Origin: an uncultured Verrucomicrobiae bacterium
GTDB taxonomy: Bacteria; Verrucomicrobiota; Verrucomicrobiia; Chthoniobacterales; JAFAMB01
Assembly: GCA_963813025.1 (NCBI GenBank)
Contig: CAWEXO010000009.1
Location: forward strand, 64,001-128,000
DNA length: 64,000 nt
Reading direction: 5' to 3'
Shown: positions 31,552 through 41,040 of the stretch, piece by piece
Position numbering within the stretch: position 1 is the stretch's first letter
Layout of the letters: every line of letters begins with the position of its first letter
The notes under the pieces: model-generated
The model's database searches: none
Told to the model about the DNA's origin: nothing
What the model saw: the letters and a program-made list of their open reading frames with translations, nothing else
Translations under genes and position numbers: made by a program

Positions 31552-31600
31552 CTAGCTAGCACTGGCACTGACACTGGGCACTGGCACTGGGCACTGGCAC
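31552..31600. repeat. Hexamer array (CACTGG/CACTGA), continuing CACTAG units at 29846-29861
   Basis: Read directly. Confidence 0.9.
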
Positions 31601-31636
31601 CCTTTGCTCCTCGCCACCTTGAGCTATTTTTGCCAC

Positions 31637-32182
31637 GTGCCGTCGTCCAAACGACTCTTCGTCGGGATCGAAATTCCTTCGAATTGCCAAGCGGGTCTGC
31701 GGACGATCGATCCGCGGATAGCGGGCCTTCGCTGGCTTTCCGTCGGGCAGTTTCATTTGACCCTCAGTTTCCTCGGACAGATTGAAACGCGGGCTGAAGA
31801 GCGACTCCAGGCGGTTCTGAGCGAAGTGCGCGTGCCGCCGTTTTTTCTACCATTGCGGGGCGTCGGCACGTTCAGCTCGCGCGGTCGCATATCAGTTGTC
31901 TGGGTCGGCGTGGGGAAAGGGCACCCTCACCTTTTTGCGCTGCATCAGCGGATTCAAGATGCCATTCTCTCCGCGGGTATTGAACCTGATCTCAAACCGT
32001 TCCATCCGCACGTCACCGTCGGGCGCGCCAAAGGCATTTCGCAGCAAGCGATCCGGCCCTTTCTACGCAGCCAGGCAGATACGGAATTCGGTATGTTCTG
32101 GGTGACGGGCTTTGCGCTTTACTCGAGCGTGCTGGCTGAGGAGGGCGCTACTCATCGAATCGAGATGCGACAAACATTTTAA
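31637..32182 (+). CDS. thpR: RNA 2',3'-cyclic phosphodiesterase (2H family)
   Basis: RLFVGI, HLTLSFLG, FHPHVTVGR. Confidence 0.92.
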   Translation: MPSSKRLFVGIEIPSNCQAGLRTIDPRIAGLRWLSVGQFHLTLSFLGQIETRAEERLQAVLSEVRVPPFFLPLRGVGTFSSRGRISVVWVGVGKGHPHLFALHQRIQDAILSAGIEPDLKPFHPHVTVGRAKGISQQAIRPFLRSQADTEFGMFWVTGFALYSSVLAEEGATHRIEMRQTF

Positions 32183-32184
32183 AA

Positions 32185-33006
32185 ATGCGTAATACGCGGC
32201 TCCAATACATCTTTCGCTTGAGAAACGCTCTAGCGAGCCGCTACTGGTTCTGCCTGGTTGTCTTCGCGCTCCCGGGTGCGCTCCGCGCTGATTGGAAACG
32301 GGCGTCTGACGACGCCCGAGAGTTTCATTCGGCCGGCATCGAAGCCCTTGATACCGAAATCTTTGCCGACGGTCTCCGAGCCGAGCTGATCGTCGCAATC
32401 TTTTCGTCAAAAAAGTACGGCCTCCGGATTCGGACGGCGGACGAGCAAGTAAACTCAGCCGCCAAGGCAGCGGAACGCGAGCATTGCGTGGCGGCGATCA
32501 ATGGCGGTTATTTCCGGGAGGATAGGACACCGGTTGGGCTCCTCATGGTATCCGCCGATCTCATCCACCCGTTGGGACATGCCCCGCTCCTTTCCGGCGT
32601 GCTGCTGGCGCGGGCCAACCAAGGACCGGAGATTATTCGCACCGGGCAATTGGGTTCGCTGGCAGGAATTCGCGAAGCGGTGCAGTCGGGACCATTTCTC
32701 GTCGATCGCGGCGTTTTAGTGAGAGGTTTGGAAAGCACGCAAACCGCGGCCCGGTCCTTTGCCTTTGTCACTGCGGACGGCCGTTTTGGTTTGGGGATTT
32801 GCCGGTCCGTGACTTTGGCGCAGCTGAGCCGAGTTTTGACTTCATCCGAAATTGGGAAGTACTGGCGAATTACCCGGGCGCTCAATCTCGACGGCGGCTC
32901 CTCGACCGATTTCTTTCTGCGAATTGATGATACCGATTTCTCTTCGCCCGGCTGGATCGGCGTTCAGAATTACATCATCGTCACCCGGAAAGCAGCGGGG
33001 GATTGA
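32185..33006 (+). CDS. Phosphodiester glycosidase (NAGPA) family protein
   Basis: AAINGGYF, QSGPFLV, ALNLDGGSST. Confidence 0.88.
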   Translation: MRNTRLQYIFRLRNALASRYWFCLVVFALPGALRADWKRASDDAREFHSAGIEALDTEIFADGLRAELIVAIFSSKKYGLRIRTADEQVNSAAKAAEREHCVAAINGGYFREDRTPVGLLMVSADLIHPLGHAPLLSGVLLARANQGPEIIRTGQLGSLAGIREAVQSGPFLVDRGVLVRGLESTQTAARSFAFVTADGRFGLGICRSVTLAQLSRVLTSSEIGKYWRITRALNLDGGSSTDFFLRIDDTDFSSPGWIGVQNYIIVTRKAAGD

Positions 33007-33165
33007 TCTACGAGACCGCGCCTCAGACCGACCAGATCTAGTGGAAAACAGATGGTTGAGGGATCTGGCCCGACCCTTGTGCGGCGGCCTCGCTGAGGTT
33101 GCCGCGGAAATTTCAATTGATCTTCGGAGAGATCTGGCCCAGTCTCGCCGATTCTTTTGTGGTGT

Positions 33166-33648
33166 ATGAATTGTAGAAGACTCGTCGTATTTACGATGGC
33201 TGGTGTGCTTGGCTTCCTGCCTTTGACCGTTTTCGCTCTTACCCCCGACCAACAAGCATTGATTGACGCCTACAAGGGACCTTTCGGGCCTTATCTAAAC
33301 GCCTTGCAGGAACTCGGCCGGGCTTTGGATGCAGCGAAGCGTGATACCGACGTAGTAAAAGCGGTTGATCACTTTTGTGACCAGGCAAATCAGTTCGTCG
33401 ATGATTTCAACAACACGAAGGACCGCTACCACGACTCGGAGATCCTGCGCTCCATCGATAACGATCCGGAGGCGAAGAAGTTAGTCGACGACTTCATGCA
33501 AGACGTCAAAAAGAAGATGGAGGCCGACCAACCGATCTTTGACCGGTTGGTGAAGGCTTTGAACAAATATCCGAACTCGGCCGAAGTGAGACGCGTTAAA
33601 GACCGGGCATCAGCAACCTTTCAACGTATCCAGCTGCTCGGGGTGTAA
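33166..33648 (+). CDS. Secreted alpha-helical hypothetical protein
   Basis: Signal-like N-terminus ending VFA; coding-like composition. Confidence 0.7.
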   Translation: MNCRRLVVFTMAGVLGFLPLTVFALTPDQQALIDAYKGPFGPYLNALQELGRALDAAKRDTDVVKAVDHFCDQANQFVDDFNNTKDRYHDSEILRSIDNDPEAKKLVDDFMQDVKKKMEADQPIFDRLVKALNKYPNSAEVRRVKDRASATFQRIQLLGV

Positions 33649-33663
33649 TAGATCCAACATCCG

Positions 33664-33751
33664 CTAGTGCGCCGTCTCATATATAACGATGACGTCGCCG
33701 CAGGTCAGTTGGCTGTTTTTCAAGGCGGTCCGAGCCGGACTGGCAGTAGAA
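33664..33751. mobile_element. MITE copy 1 (left end only)
   Basis: CTAGTGCGCCGTCTCATATATAACG..., near-identical to the start of copy 2. Confidence 0.85.
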
Positions 33752-33885
33752 CGTGGAAGTCGTGAAAGCAGGTGGTTTGACGGCCCCCTATTTATCCATT
33801 GTCTATCCGGGATAGAAACAAAAGTGCGACGGGTCAAAGGGAATCGCATTCCGGGTGCTCCGGGCATTCGACCGCAATTCCTCAG

Positions 33886-34509
33886 TCACTCCTCCGCCGG
33901 TCCGAGGACCTCCCGAACCAGCGAGGCTCGCCGCTCATGTTCGCTGTCGTCCAGGACAGGTTCAGCGGGAAGTTCAGCCGGAGCCGGCGGCAACTCAATC
34001 CAGGAGCGGCAGCCTCCGAACTCGGGTTGAAAGGGCACCTTCCATGGTTCCACCAACCGAAAGGCACGGAAGAAGGCCACGTAAAGGCCTGGAGGATTGT
34101 CGTAACGGAATCGTTCCTGGAGAACCTCGCCGGCGAGCCGATGCAGTGGGTCCAGCACCCGGAGACTGGCCAGATCGGTAATGAAAGAGGACAGTTCGAC
34201 GTGCAGAAATCCCCGGATCACGACCGGATTTGTCTCGGTAAATTCCTCCGGCGGCGTCAACCGCAAGCGCTCAGCTTGCGCGTGGAAAAAGGTGGGATAA
34301 AGAAAGAATCGATCGAACCGGAACCGGAAACCTTCGCGCCCTTCGGCCAGACCTCCCTTGCGAAAAATCAGACTCGTTTCTCCGCGGACAATCGAGTCGC
34401 AAACGAGCGCCCATTCCTTGAAAGCATGAGCGGGCCGAGGTAAGGCTGCCCCTCGTTGATCAGGCGCCGCCGCCGTTGGTGCGGTCGAGTCAGAATTCGT
34501 TTCAGGCAA
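33886..34509 (-). CDS. DUF1802 family protein
   Basis: AFKEWALVC, IFRKGGLAEG, FFLYPTFFH, GGCRSWIEL. Confidence 0.88.
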   Translation of the reverse strand: MPETNSDSTAPTAAAPDQRGAALPRPAHAFKEWALVCDSIVRGETSLIFRKGGLAEGREGFRFRFDRFFLYPTFFHAQAERLRLTPPEEFTETNPVVIRGFLHVELSSFITDLASLRVLDPLHRLAGEVLQERFRYDNPPGLYVAFFRAFRLVEPWKVPFQPEFGGCRSWIELPPAPAELPAEPVLDDSEHERRASLVREVLGPAEE

Positions 34510-34592
34510 GGCTACTCTCCAATCCTCTTCTAACTTTCATCGATCGATTTCCAATGGCAATAGGATGCTTTAAGGCTTAGTTAAGCAGGCTC

Positions 34593-35306
34593 ATGCCACT
34601 GAAGATCGACCTTCATTGCCATTCGTTTTTTTCGGGCGACGGAGTGAGCAGCCCGGAAGAATTGATCAATTCCGCGCGTAAGAAGGGCCTGAACGGCTTC
34701 GCGATCACTGACCACAACACCTGCGATGCGGTGAAATACATGATCGACCGCGGGCTGATGCGCGAAGACGGCAAGCCCGTTGACAATTTCCTGGTGATCG
34801 CGGGCGTCGAGATCACTACGGCGGAGGGCCACTTGTTGTGCCTGGGCGCTGAACTTCCCGATCTCAAAGGACATCCCGCGCTCGAGGTCTGTCATTTGAT
34901 CCATCAAGCCGGCGGATTAGCGGTTCCGCCCCATCCGTACGATCTGTTTCGAGCTGGTATCCGCGAGAACGTTCTGGATAGTTTGCCGATCGATGCCCTC
35001 GAGGTCTTCAACGCGGCGACCACGCTGAAGCGCTACAATCGACAAGCCGCGGAGTACGCACTGCGCCGCAAGCTTCCGATGACCGCGGCCAGCGACGCGC
35101 ATCATCATGCGGCGATCGGGGTGGCTTGTACGATCCTCCACACCGATGATTTCAGCGTTCGCGGAGTACTGTCCCAGATCCCGCGCGAGAACGAGCTGAG
35201 TCAGCAGTATCTTTCCGTTCGCGATAGCGTCAAAAAAACGATGTACAACTGGTTTCGGTTGCGCAAACGCAAGTCGGTCGACGAGCGCCTGTCGGAAGAC
35301 GTGTGA
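34593..35306 (+). CDS. PHP domain phosphoesterase
   Basis: DLHCHS, ITDHN, GVEITT..GH, PHPY, EVFNA, SDAH. Confidence 0.92.
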   Translation: MPLKIDLHCHSFFSGDGVSSPEELINSARKKGLNGFAITDHNTCDAVKYMIDRGLMREDGKPVDNFLVIAGVEITTAEGHLLCLGAELPDLKGHPALEVCHLIHQAGGLAVPPHPYDLFRAGIRENVLDSLPIDALEVFNAATTLKRYNRQAAEYALRRKLPMTAASDAHHHAAIGVACTILHTDDFSVRGVLSQIPRENELSQQYLSVRDSVKKTMYNWFRLRKRKSVDERLSEDV

Positions 35307-35336
35307 GGAGAACTCAGAAGCGTCCCTGAATTCTTT

Positions 35337-36509
35337 TCACTTCAACCGCACCGCCCTGGTCTTGTCGAGCCGCAGAATAGTTCCCGAAGCGGCGTCCAGG
35401 GTGGCTTTCGGATCAGTAATCTTCTGACCTTCGTGTTGGACACTGCCTTGTTCGATCAGTCGTCGGGCATCGCTGCGGGACCTTTTCTGCCCGAACCCGG
35501 TGCGGTATGCCTCGACCACCGCCGATACGACGTCTCCTTGAAGCGCGTCGGCACTGACTTCGGGCAACTCGGCGGCGCCGAGATCGCGTTTCCCAAATCG
35601 GATCTCAAAATCCTTCATCGCTTTTTCGGCGGAGTCGCTCTCATGGAATTGGGCAACGATTCGGAAACCCAATTGTTTTTTTGCCTCAAGTGGATGGATC
35701 GCAGGCATCTCCTCGAGCAAAAGCACCCTATAGTAGCGCTTCATCAACTCATCAGAAATGCTCATAATCTTGCCAAACATTGCCGGCGCCGGTTCATCGA
35801 TACCGATATAGTTGCCGAGGCTCTTGCTCATTTTCTGTTTGCCATCCAGGCCTTCCAAAATAGGCAACAAACAGGCGACCTGCTGCGGTTGTCCTTCGGA
35901 TCGCTGCAGATCGCGTCCGACCATAATATTGAAGAGCTGATCGGTCCCGCCTAGTTCTACATCCGCCCGGATCTGCACCGAATCCCAACCTTGCATTAAC
36001 GGGTATTGAAGTTCATGCAGAAACACGGGCACTTCCTGATCCAGCCGGGACCGGAAATCTTCGCGTTGCAGGATTTGCTGGATCGTTAAGCGGCTATTGA
36101 GATCGATGACGTCCATCAACGACATCTTGCGAAACCAATCGCCGTTGAACAGCATCTGGGTTCGAGCCGGATCCAGAATCTTGAACGCCTGCGCTTTGTA
36201 GGTTTCCGCGTTGGCCATCACTTCCTCGTAGGTGAGAAGAGGCCGGGTCGCAGAGCGCCCACTCGGGTCTCCCACAATTGCGGTGACATCGCCGATAACA
36301 AGAATGGCCTGATGTCCGAGATCCTGGAATTGACGAAGTTTTGTGAGACCAACCGAATGTCCCAAGTGCAGGTCGGGCGCTGTCGGGTCAATCCCCAGCT
36401 TCACGCGAAGCGGGCGGCGCTCCTCCAGTTTTTGCCTGAGTTCCTGCTCGTTGACAAACTGAGCGTCGCCACGGCGAAGCTGCTGCATGATCTCTTCAAT
36501 CGAAGCCAT
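35337..36509 (-). CDS. tyrS: Tyrosine--tRNA ligase
   Basis: GIDPTAPDLHLGH, YPLMQGWD, GGTDQLFN, KMSKS, S4 domain. Confidence 0.98.
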   Translation of the reverse strand: MASIEEIMQQLRRGDAQFVNEQELRQKLEERRPLRVKLGIDPTAPDLHLGHSVGLTKLRQFQDLGHQAILVIGDVTAIVGDPSGRSATRPLLTYEEVMANAETYKAQAFKILDPARTQMLFNGDWFRKMSLMDVIDLNSRLTIQQILQREDFRSRLDQEVPVFLHELQYPLMQGWDSVQIRADVELGGTDQLFNIMVGRDLQRSEGQPQQVACLLPILEGLDGKQKMSKSLGNYIGIDEPAPAMFGKIMSISDELMKRYYRVLLLEEMPAIHPLEAKKQLGFRIVAQFHESDSAEKAMKDFEIRFGKRDLGAAELPEVSADALQGDVVSAVVEAYRTGFGQKRSRSDARRLIEQGSVQHEGQKITDPKATLDAASGTILRLDKTRAVRLK

Positions 36510-36645
36510 GTGATATTTTGTGGCTGGCACGCTCCATCAGAACAGAAGGCAAAGCAAGACAGCGGTGGGTTTCAGTCGCTCAGCTTCCGAGGTTGACAAG
36601 GTTACCGGGGTGCTTCACTTTGCCGGCTCTCACGTTCCAGCTTTC

Positions 36646-36819
36646 ATGAAACCCACCTATCAACCTTCCAAGCGCACGCGAAAGCGCCAACACGGCTTCC
36701 GGGCCCGGATGAAGACCAAGGGCGGTCGCGCGACTTTGGCAAGACGCCGGCAGCGTGGACGTCGCCGGCTCATTCCGGTTGGAGCAGAATTGCCCTACGC
36801 CCGCCATACGCAGGCTTAG
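36646..36819 (+). CDS. rpmH: 50S ribosomal protein L34
   Basis: [28 protein letters not shown]. Confidence 0.96.
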   Translation: MKPTYQPSKRTRKRQHGFRARMKTKGGRATLARRRQRGRRRLIPVGAELPYARHTQA

Positions 36820-36825
36820 TGGCCT

Positions 36826-37212
36826 ATGCCCGACGAACCACCCCGTACGCTAAGACGCTTCCGGTTCACGCGATCGGCGCGTCTCCGCAGCGCGGCTGAT
36901 TTTCGCGAGGTCAGGCTCAATGGCAAATCCTGGACCGGCAAATTTTTTGTTCTGGCAGTGCTCCGGGGGGGTGATCAGTTGCCCGCGCGCCTGGGGATCA
37001 TCACGACTCGACGGCTCGGAATAGCGGTCCTGCGAAATAGAGTTCGCCGACAGATCCGGGAGATCTTTCGCCGGCACCAGCACCGAATCGCGCGAGGTGT
37101 TTGTCTGGTAACGATCGCTCGCCAATCCGCGCTGGTGGCCGCATTGAGCGAACTGGAGCGAGACTGGTTGCGACTGGCGGAACGCGCCTCTATTTTAGCT
37201 GCCGCTGCGTGA
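36826..37212 (+). CDS. rnpA: Ribonuclease P protein component
   Basis: [28 protein letters not shown]; operon position. Confidence 0.93.
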   Translation: MPDEPPRTLRRFRFTRSARLRSAADFREVRLNGKSWTGKFFVLAVLRGGDQLPARLGIITTRRLGIAVLRNRVRRQIREIFRRHQHRIARGVCLVTIARQSALVAALSELERDWLRLAERASILAAAA

Positions 37213-37249
37213 TCTCTTGCAGGGTGCTGGCGTACGATTAGCAGACAAA

Positions 37250-37516
37250 ATGACAAGGGTTTTGAGATTTTTATTGTGGCTCTACAAAGCGACGTTCTCA
37301 CAGTGGCTGACGGCGATCACCGGAGGTCCGGGAACTGGCTGTCGTTTTGAACCGACGTGCTCTGAGTACTTAGTCGCAGCCATTGAAGCGCACGGGGTCC
37401 TGATGGGATCGTGGCTCGGGCTGAAACGACTGGCCCGGTGTCATCCCTGGGGCGGCTCTGGTTATGACCCGGTCCCGCTGAAGCAGGTTCCCGTCCACGA
37501 CCACTTCCATAAGTAG
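37250..37516 (+). CDS. yidD: Membrane protein insertion efficiency factor
   Basis: [27 protein letters not shown]. Confidence 0.95.
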   Translation: MTRVLRFLLWLYKATFSQWLTAITGGPGTGCRFEPTCSEYLVAAIEAHGVLMGSWLGLKRLARCHPWGGSGYDPVPLKQVPVHDHFHK

Positions 37517-37523
37517 GAGAAGC

Positions 37524-39281
37524 ATGTTTCGAGATCGCACGACAGTGATCGTTGTCAGCCTGGCCGTCATCGGCTTGATTGCGTCGATTTTCTGGCAAGA
37601 GGAAGAGTCCACTAAAGCCCGGCTGGCGTTTGAAAGCCAACGAGCTTTGGCTGCGGCTGCGGTTGCACCGGGTGCGTCGGTATCGCCCGGAACAAACGGC
37701 GCGGCAAGTCCGGCGCCTCCGGCGGCGGTGGCCCCCGTGCCGGCCGAACCGAAAACCAACGAGCCGGAAGTCACCGCGACATTGAAGGGTAATGTCGCGC
37801 AGCTATTATTTTCGAATAATCGAGGTGGCCTTCAGAGGATCTCCCTCTTGAGTCATAAGGCGGAGGACGACAAACCGGTCGAACTTAACAACGACGAATC
37901 GCCGGCGATCGGAGCCATCACCAGAACGCCTGATTCCTGGCAGGACTCCGGATATCAGATCACGACCGATCAAGCGGGAGGCAAAATAACCCTCCACCGC
38001 ACTTTGCCCAACGAGCTTTCCGTAACGAAAGTGTTCACGCTGGCGCCGCAAGCCGGCCTGAAGGAAGACTACCAGATCAAGTTTACGCTGACCTTCAAGA
38101 ACGAAGGGGCCACCGATCTTTTTAACCCGGGTTACTTTGTCAGTACGGGCGGCGCGCAGCCGATTCATCAGACCGATTATGCCATGCGAACGGTGTTCGA
38201 CTGGTACCGGGACGGCAAGTTCACTTCTATTAATGTGGGGTGGTTCGATCCGGGCAGATTCCTCGTCGTGCAAACCCGGCCTGCTCGGGATATCTACCTG
38301 GAGAGCGCCGCTTCGATCCTCTGGGCGGCGGTCGGAAGTCAGTATTTCACCACGATCGTTTCGCCGCAAAACGAGACCGCGAGACAAGTCTGGGCCCGGC
38401 GGATTTTTCTTCCGTCGACCGACGGTCAGACGGAGCCCGCATCCATGCAGGGGGCGCTTGGGCTGTCGGGGTTTACGCTCAAGCCCGGTGAATCGAAAAC
38501 TGTCGATTTCCTGATCTATGCCGGTCCGAAGGAGCTCGATCGGTTGAGCAGACTGCCCAACAACGAGGCTGCGGTTCTGAGTTTCTCAATCTGGACCCCA
38601 CTATGCAAAATTCTCCTGACGGCGCTGAATACCATTCACGCCTACGTGGGTAACTATGCGCTTTCCATCATCATTCTCACGATCCTGATCCGAATGCTGA
38701 TCTGGCCGCTCCAGAACGCAAGTATGAAAAGCATGCGCAAGATGGCGAAGCTCAGCCCGATCATGACTGAGCTTCGGGAGAAGTACAAAGACGATCCCCA
38801 ACGCCTCAATCAGGAGGTGATGAAGGTTTATAAGGAATACGGGGTTAACCCTGTAGGCGGCTGTTTGCCTCTTCTCGTCCAGTTGCCGATCTTTGCCAGC
38901 TTCTTTACCATGCTGGGCTCGATGAGCGAGCTGCGAAACAGTTCTTTCCTTTGGGTGCGCGACTTGTCGCAACCGGATACCGTGGGGCACATCCTCGGTT
39001 TTCCGATCAATATTTTGCCTTTGGTGATGGGCGCTGCGCAAGTCTGGCAGATGCGTATCACTCCAAGGACCGGTGATCCGGCGCAGCAACGCTTGCTTTA
39101 TTTTACGCCGCTGGTGTTCCTCTTCTTCTGCTATAACTACGCGTCCGGTCTTTCTCTTTATTGGACAGTGTCAACTCTCTTTACCGTGTTCCAAACGTAC
39201 CTGACCCGGAACCAAACCGACCCTCAGCTCACGAAAGTCGTCAAACGCCCGGCAGTTGCGAAAAAGAAGACTTACCGATAA
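37524..39281 (+). CDS. yidC: Membrane protein insertase
   Basis: YAGPK, NPVGGCLPLLVQLPIF, FLWVRDLSQPD, SGLSLYW. Confidence 0.97.
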   Translation: MFRDRTTVIVVSLAVIGLIASIFWQEEESTKARLAFESQRALAAAAVAPGASVSPGTNGAASPAPPAAVAPVPAEPKTNEPEVTATLKGNVAQLLFSNNRGGLQRISLLSHKAEDDKPVELNNDESPAIGAITRTPDSWQDSGYQITTDQAGGKITLHRTLPNELSVTKVFTLAPQAGLKEDYQIKFTLTFKNEGATDLFNPGYFVSTGGAQPIHQTDYAMRTVFDWYRDGKFTSINVGWFDPGRFLVVQTRPARDIYLESAASILWAAVGSQYFTTIVSPQNETARQVWARRIFLPSTDGQTEPASMQGALGLSGFTLKPGESKTVDFLIYAGPKELDRLSRLPNNEAAVLSFSIWTPLCKILLTALNTIHAYVGNYALSIIILTILIRMLIWPLQNASMKSMRKMAKLSPIMTELREKYKDDPQRLNQEVMKVYKEYGVNPVGGCLPLLVQLPIFASFFTMLGSMSELRNSSFLWVRDLSQPDTVGHILGFPINILPLVMGAAQVWQMRITPRTGDPAQQRLLYFTPLVFLFFCYNYASGLSLYWTVSTLFTVFQTYLTRNQTDPQLTKVVKRPAVAKKKTYR

Positions 39282-39308
39282 CCTTGGTGTTTCCGCTGAA
39301 AGTGCGTT

Positions 39309-39773
39309 ATGGAACCGAAAGAAATCCTTGACACAATGTTGGGGTATCTCGGTTTTGTCGTCGATATCCAGGAAAACGAGACCGAGAATGGGCCGCAGCT
39401 GCAAATTTACACCGCTGAGTCAGAAGCGCTGATCGGTCCGGAAGGTGCGACCCTCGAAGATCTGCAATTCTTGCTTAACCGTGTCCTTCACGCGCACGAC
39501 CGAACCGCGCCGCGGGTGCACGTCGATATCTGCCATTGGCGCGCGATGCGGGATGACAAGCTCCGGCAGCGCATCCGCCAGATTGCCGACTCGGTCAGGC
39601 GATCGGGTCGTCCGGTCAAGTTGGAGCCGATGAACTCATACGATCGGCGGGTTGTTCACAATGTCTTGAAAGATGATCCGGAGGTGATGAGCTTTAGCCC
39701 GGCGGACGAGGCGCGCATCAAACGCATTACGATCCAGCGCCGGAAGCGGGAGCAGGCAGCTCGAGCCGAATAA
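39309..39773 (+). CDS. jag: Jag/EloR-like KH-R3H RNA-binding protein
   Basis: LIGPEGATLEDLQFL, LEPMNSYDRRVVH. Confidence 0.88.
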   Translation: MEPKEILDTMLGYLGFVVDIQENETENGPQLQIYTAESEALIGPEGATLEDLQFLLNRVLHAHDRTAPRVHVDICHWRAMRDDKLRQRIRQIADSVRRSGRPVKLEPMNSYDRRVVHNVLKDDPEVMSFSPADEARIKRITIQRRKREQAARAE

Positions 39774-40365
39774 TCGACTCCATCACCTCGTCGCTAAACT
39801 GCTGATACGATTCTCGTCCTTTTGCCTCAACCTGTTCCCCGGTGAAACGCATCGGAGTACCCACGACAATCGCGATCGGGCACAACCTGAGCCTGCCATT
39901 CTTCGGGAGTGCGGTAAACGAACCAAAAATCCGGATTGGCACGACGGGCGCCAGTGTTCGAGCGATTACCATCCCGAGGCCGGCTTTGGCTCGCTGCGGA
40001 CGCCCATCAATCGAGCGCGTGCCTTCCGGGAAAATAATCGCGCGATTTCCCTCTTTGATAATTCGAATTATGGTCTTGATCGCTCCCACGTCGCCCCGGT
40101 CGCGATCAACCGGCACCACGTTGACCGCTCGCAGCAGTGCTCCAAAGAGCGGATTACTGAAGAGCGTGCTTCGGCCGAGATAATGGATTTCCCGGCGATG
40201 AACACAGCCGATCAAGGGCGGGTCGAGATAACTTTGGTGATTGGATGCGAGAATCGCCGGACCGTCCTCGATTAAATTTTCTCGTCCATAGCAGCGGAGA
40301 TTGAAGCCGATCCGCGTAAGCAGGCCGATAGAGGTATGGCCTATCCGGTAAATAGCTTTCATCAC
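39727..40365 (-). CDS. plsC: 1-acyl-sn-glycerol-3-phosphate acyltransferase
   Basis: NHQSYLDP, FPEGTRS. Confidence 0.9.
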   Translation of the reverse strand: MMKAIYRIGHTSIGLLTRIGFNLRCYGRENLIEDGPAILASNHQSYLDPPLIGCVHRREIHYLGRSTLFSNPLFGALLRAVNVVPVDRDRGDVGAIKTIIRIIKEGNRAIIFPEGTRSIDGRPQRAKAGLGMVIARTLAPVVPIRIFGSFTALPKNGRLRLCPIAIVVGTPMRFTGEQVEAKGRESYQQFSDEVMESIIRLELPAPASGAGS

Positions 40366-40368
40366 TGC

Positions 40369-41040
40369 TCACTCAAGCGCACGGGCGGCCGCAAGCCCTT
40401 TCTTTTTCAGGCGTCCGACAATTTCTCCGACAACTCCATCAATGGTGAAATGCGAGCTGTCGATGACCTCAGCATCTTCGGCAATGATCAGCGGCGCAGC
40501 TCTGCGCGAGGAGTCGATCTGATCGCGAAATGCGAGATCGTCCTGGACACCCTGGGCTGCCCGGCGTTGGGCGCGAACCTCCGGGGAAGCGTCAATATAG
40601 AACTTATAGGGTGTTTCCGGGAAGACTACCGAACCGATGTCTCGGCCTTCCATCACGATGTTGTCCGTTGACTGAAAATTTCGTAAGTGTCCGAGCAGGA
40701 AATTTCGAACTTCCGAGATCGTCGAAAACGCTGAGACGGTTCGATTCACAATCGGGTCCTTCAAATGGGCTTCCGGATCGACGCCGTCAACCTGGAGAAA
40801 AGATTCCCGGTTCCGTAAGCCGAAGGTGAACGTAACCCGACTCATTTCCTGCAGTACGGACGGGATATCGTTCGGTGAAACCCCTCGGGTCGCCATTAGC
40901 CAGGCAACCGCACGATAGAGCGTTCCACTATTGACATGCGAAAAGCTCAGGCGGCGGGCCAGAGCGCGCGCCACGCTACTTTTCCCGGAAGCGGCCGGCC
41001 CGTCGATCGCCACGACTGTGAAAGAGGATTCGTCGCTCAA
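40369..41040 (-). CDS. cmk: Cytidylate kinase
   Basis: AIDGPAASGKSSV, MEGRDIGSVVFP, RDQIDS. Confidence 0.96.
   Translation of the reverse strand: MSDESSFTVVAIDGPAASGKSSVARALARRLSFSHVNSGTLYRAVAWLMATRGVSPNDIPSVLQEMSRVTFTFGLRNRESFLQVDGVDPEAHLKDPIVNRTVSAFSTISEVRNFLLGHLRNFQSTDNIVMEGRDIGSVVFPETPYKFYIDASPEVRAQRRAAQGVQDDLAFRDQIDSSRRAAPLIIAEDAEVIDSSHFTIDGVVGEIVGRLKKKGLAAARALE

Noticed and set aside
35337..39773. oriC beside rpmH-rnpA-yidC-jag
   Set aside because: The divergent gene is tyrS, not dnaA; the gap is short and I see no DnaA-box cluster.
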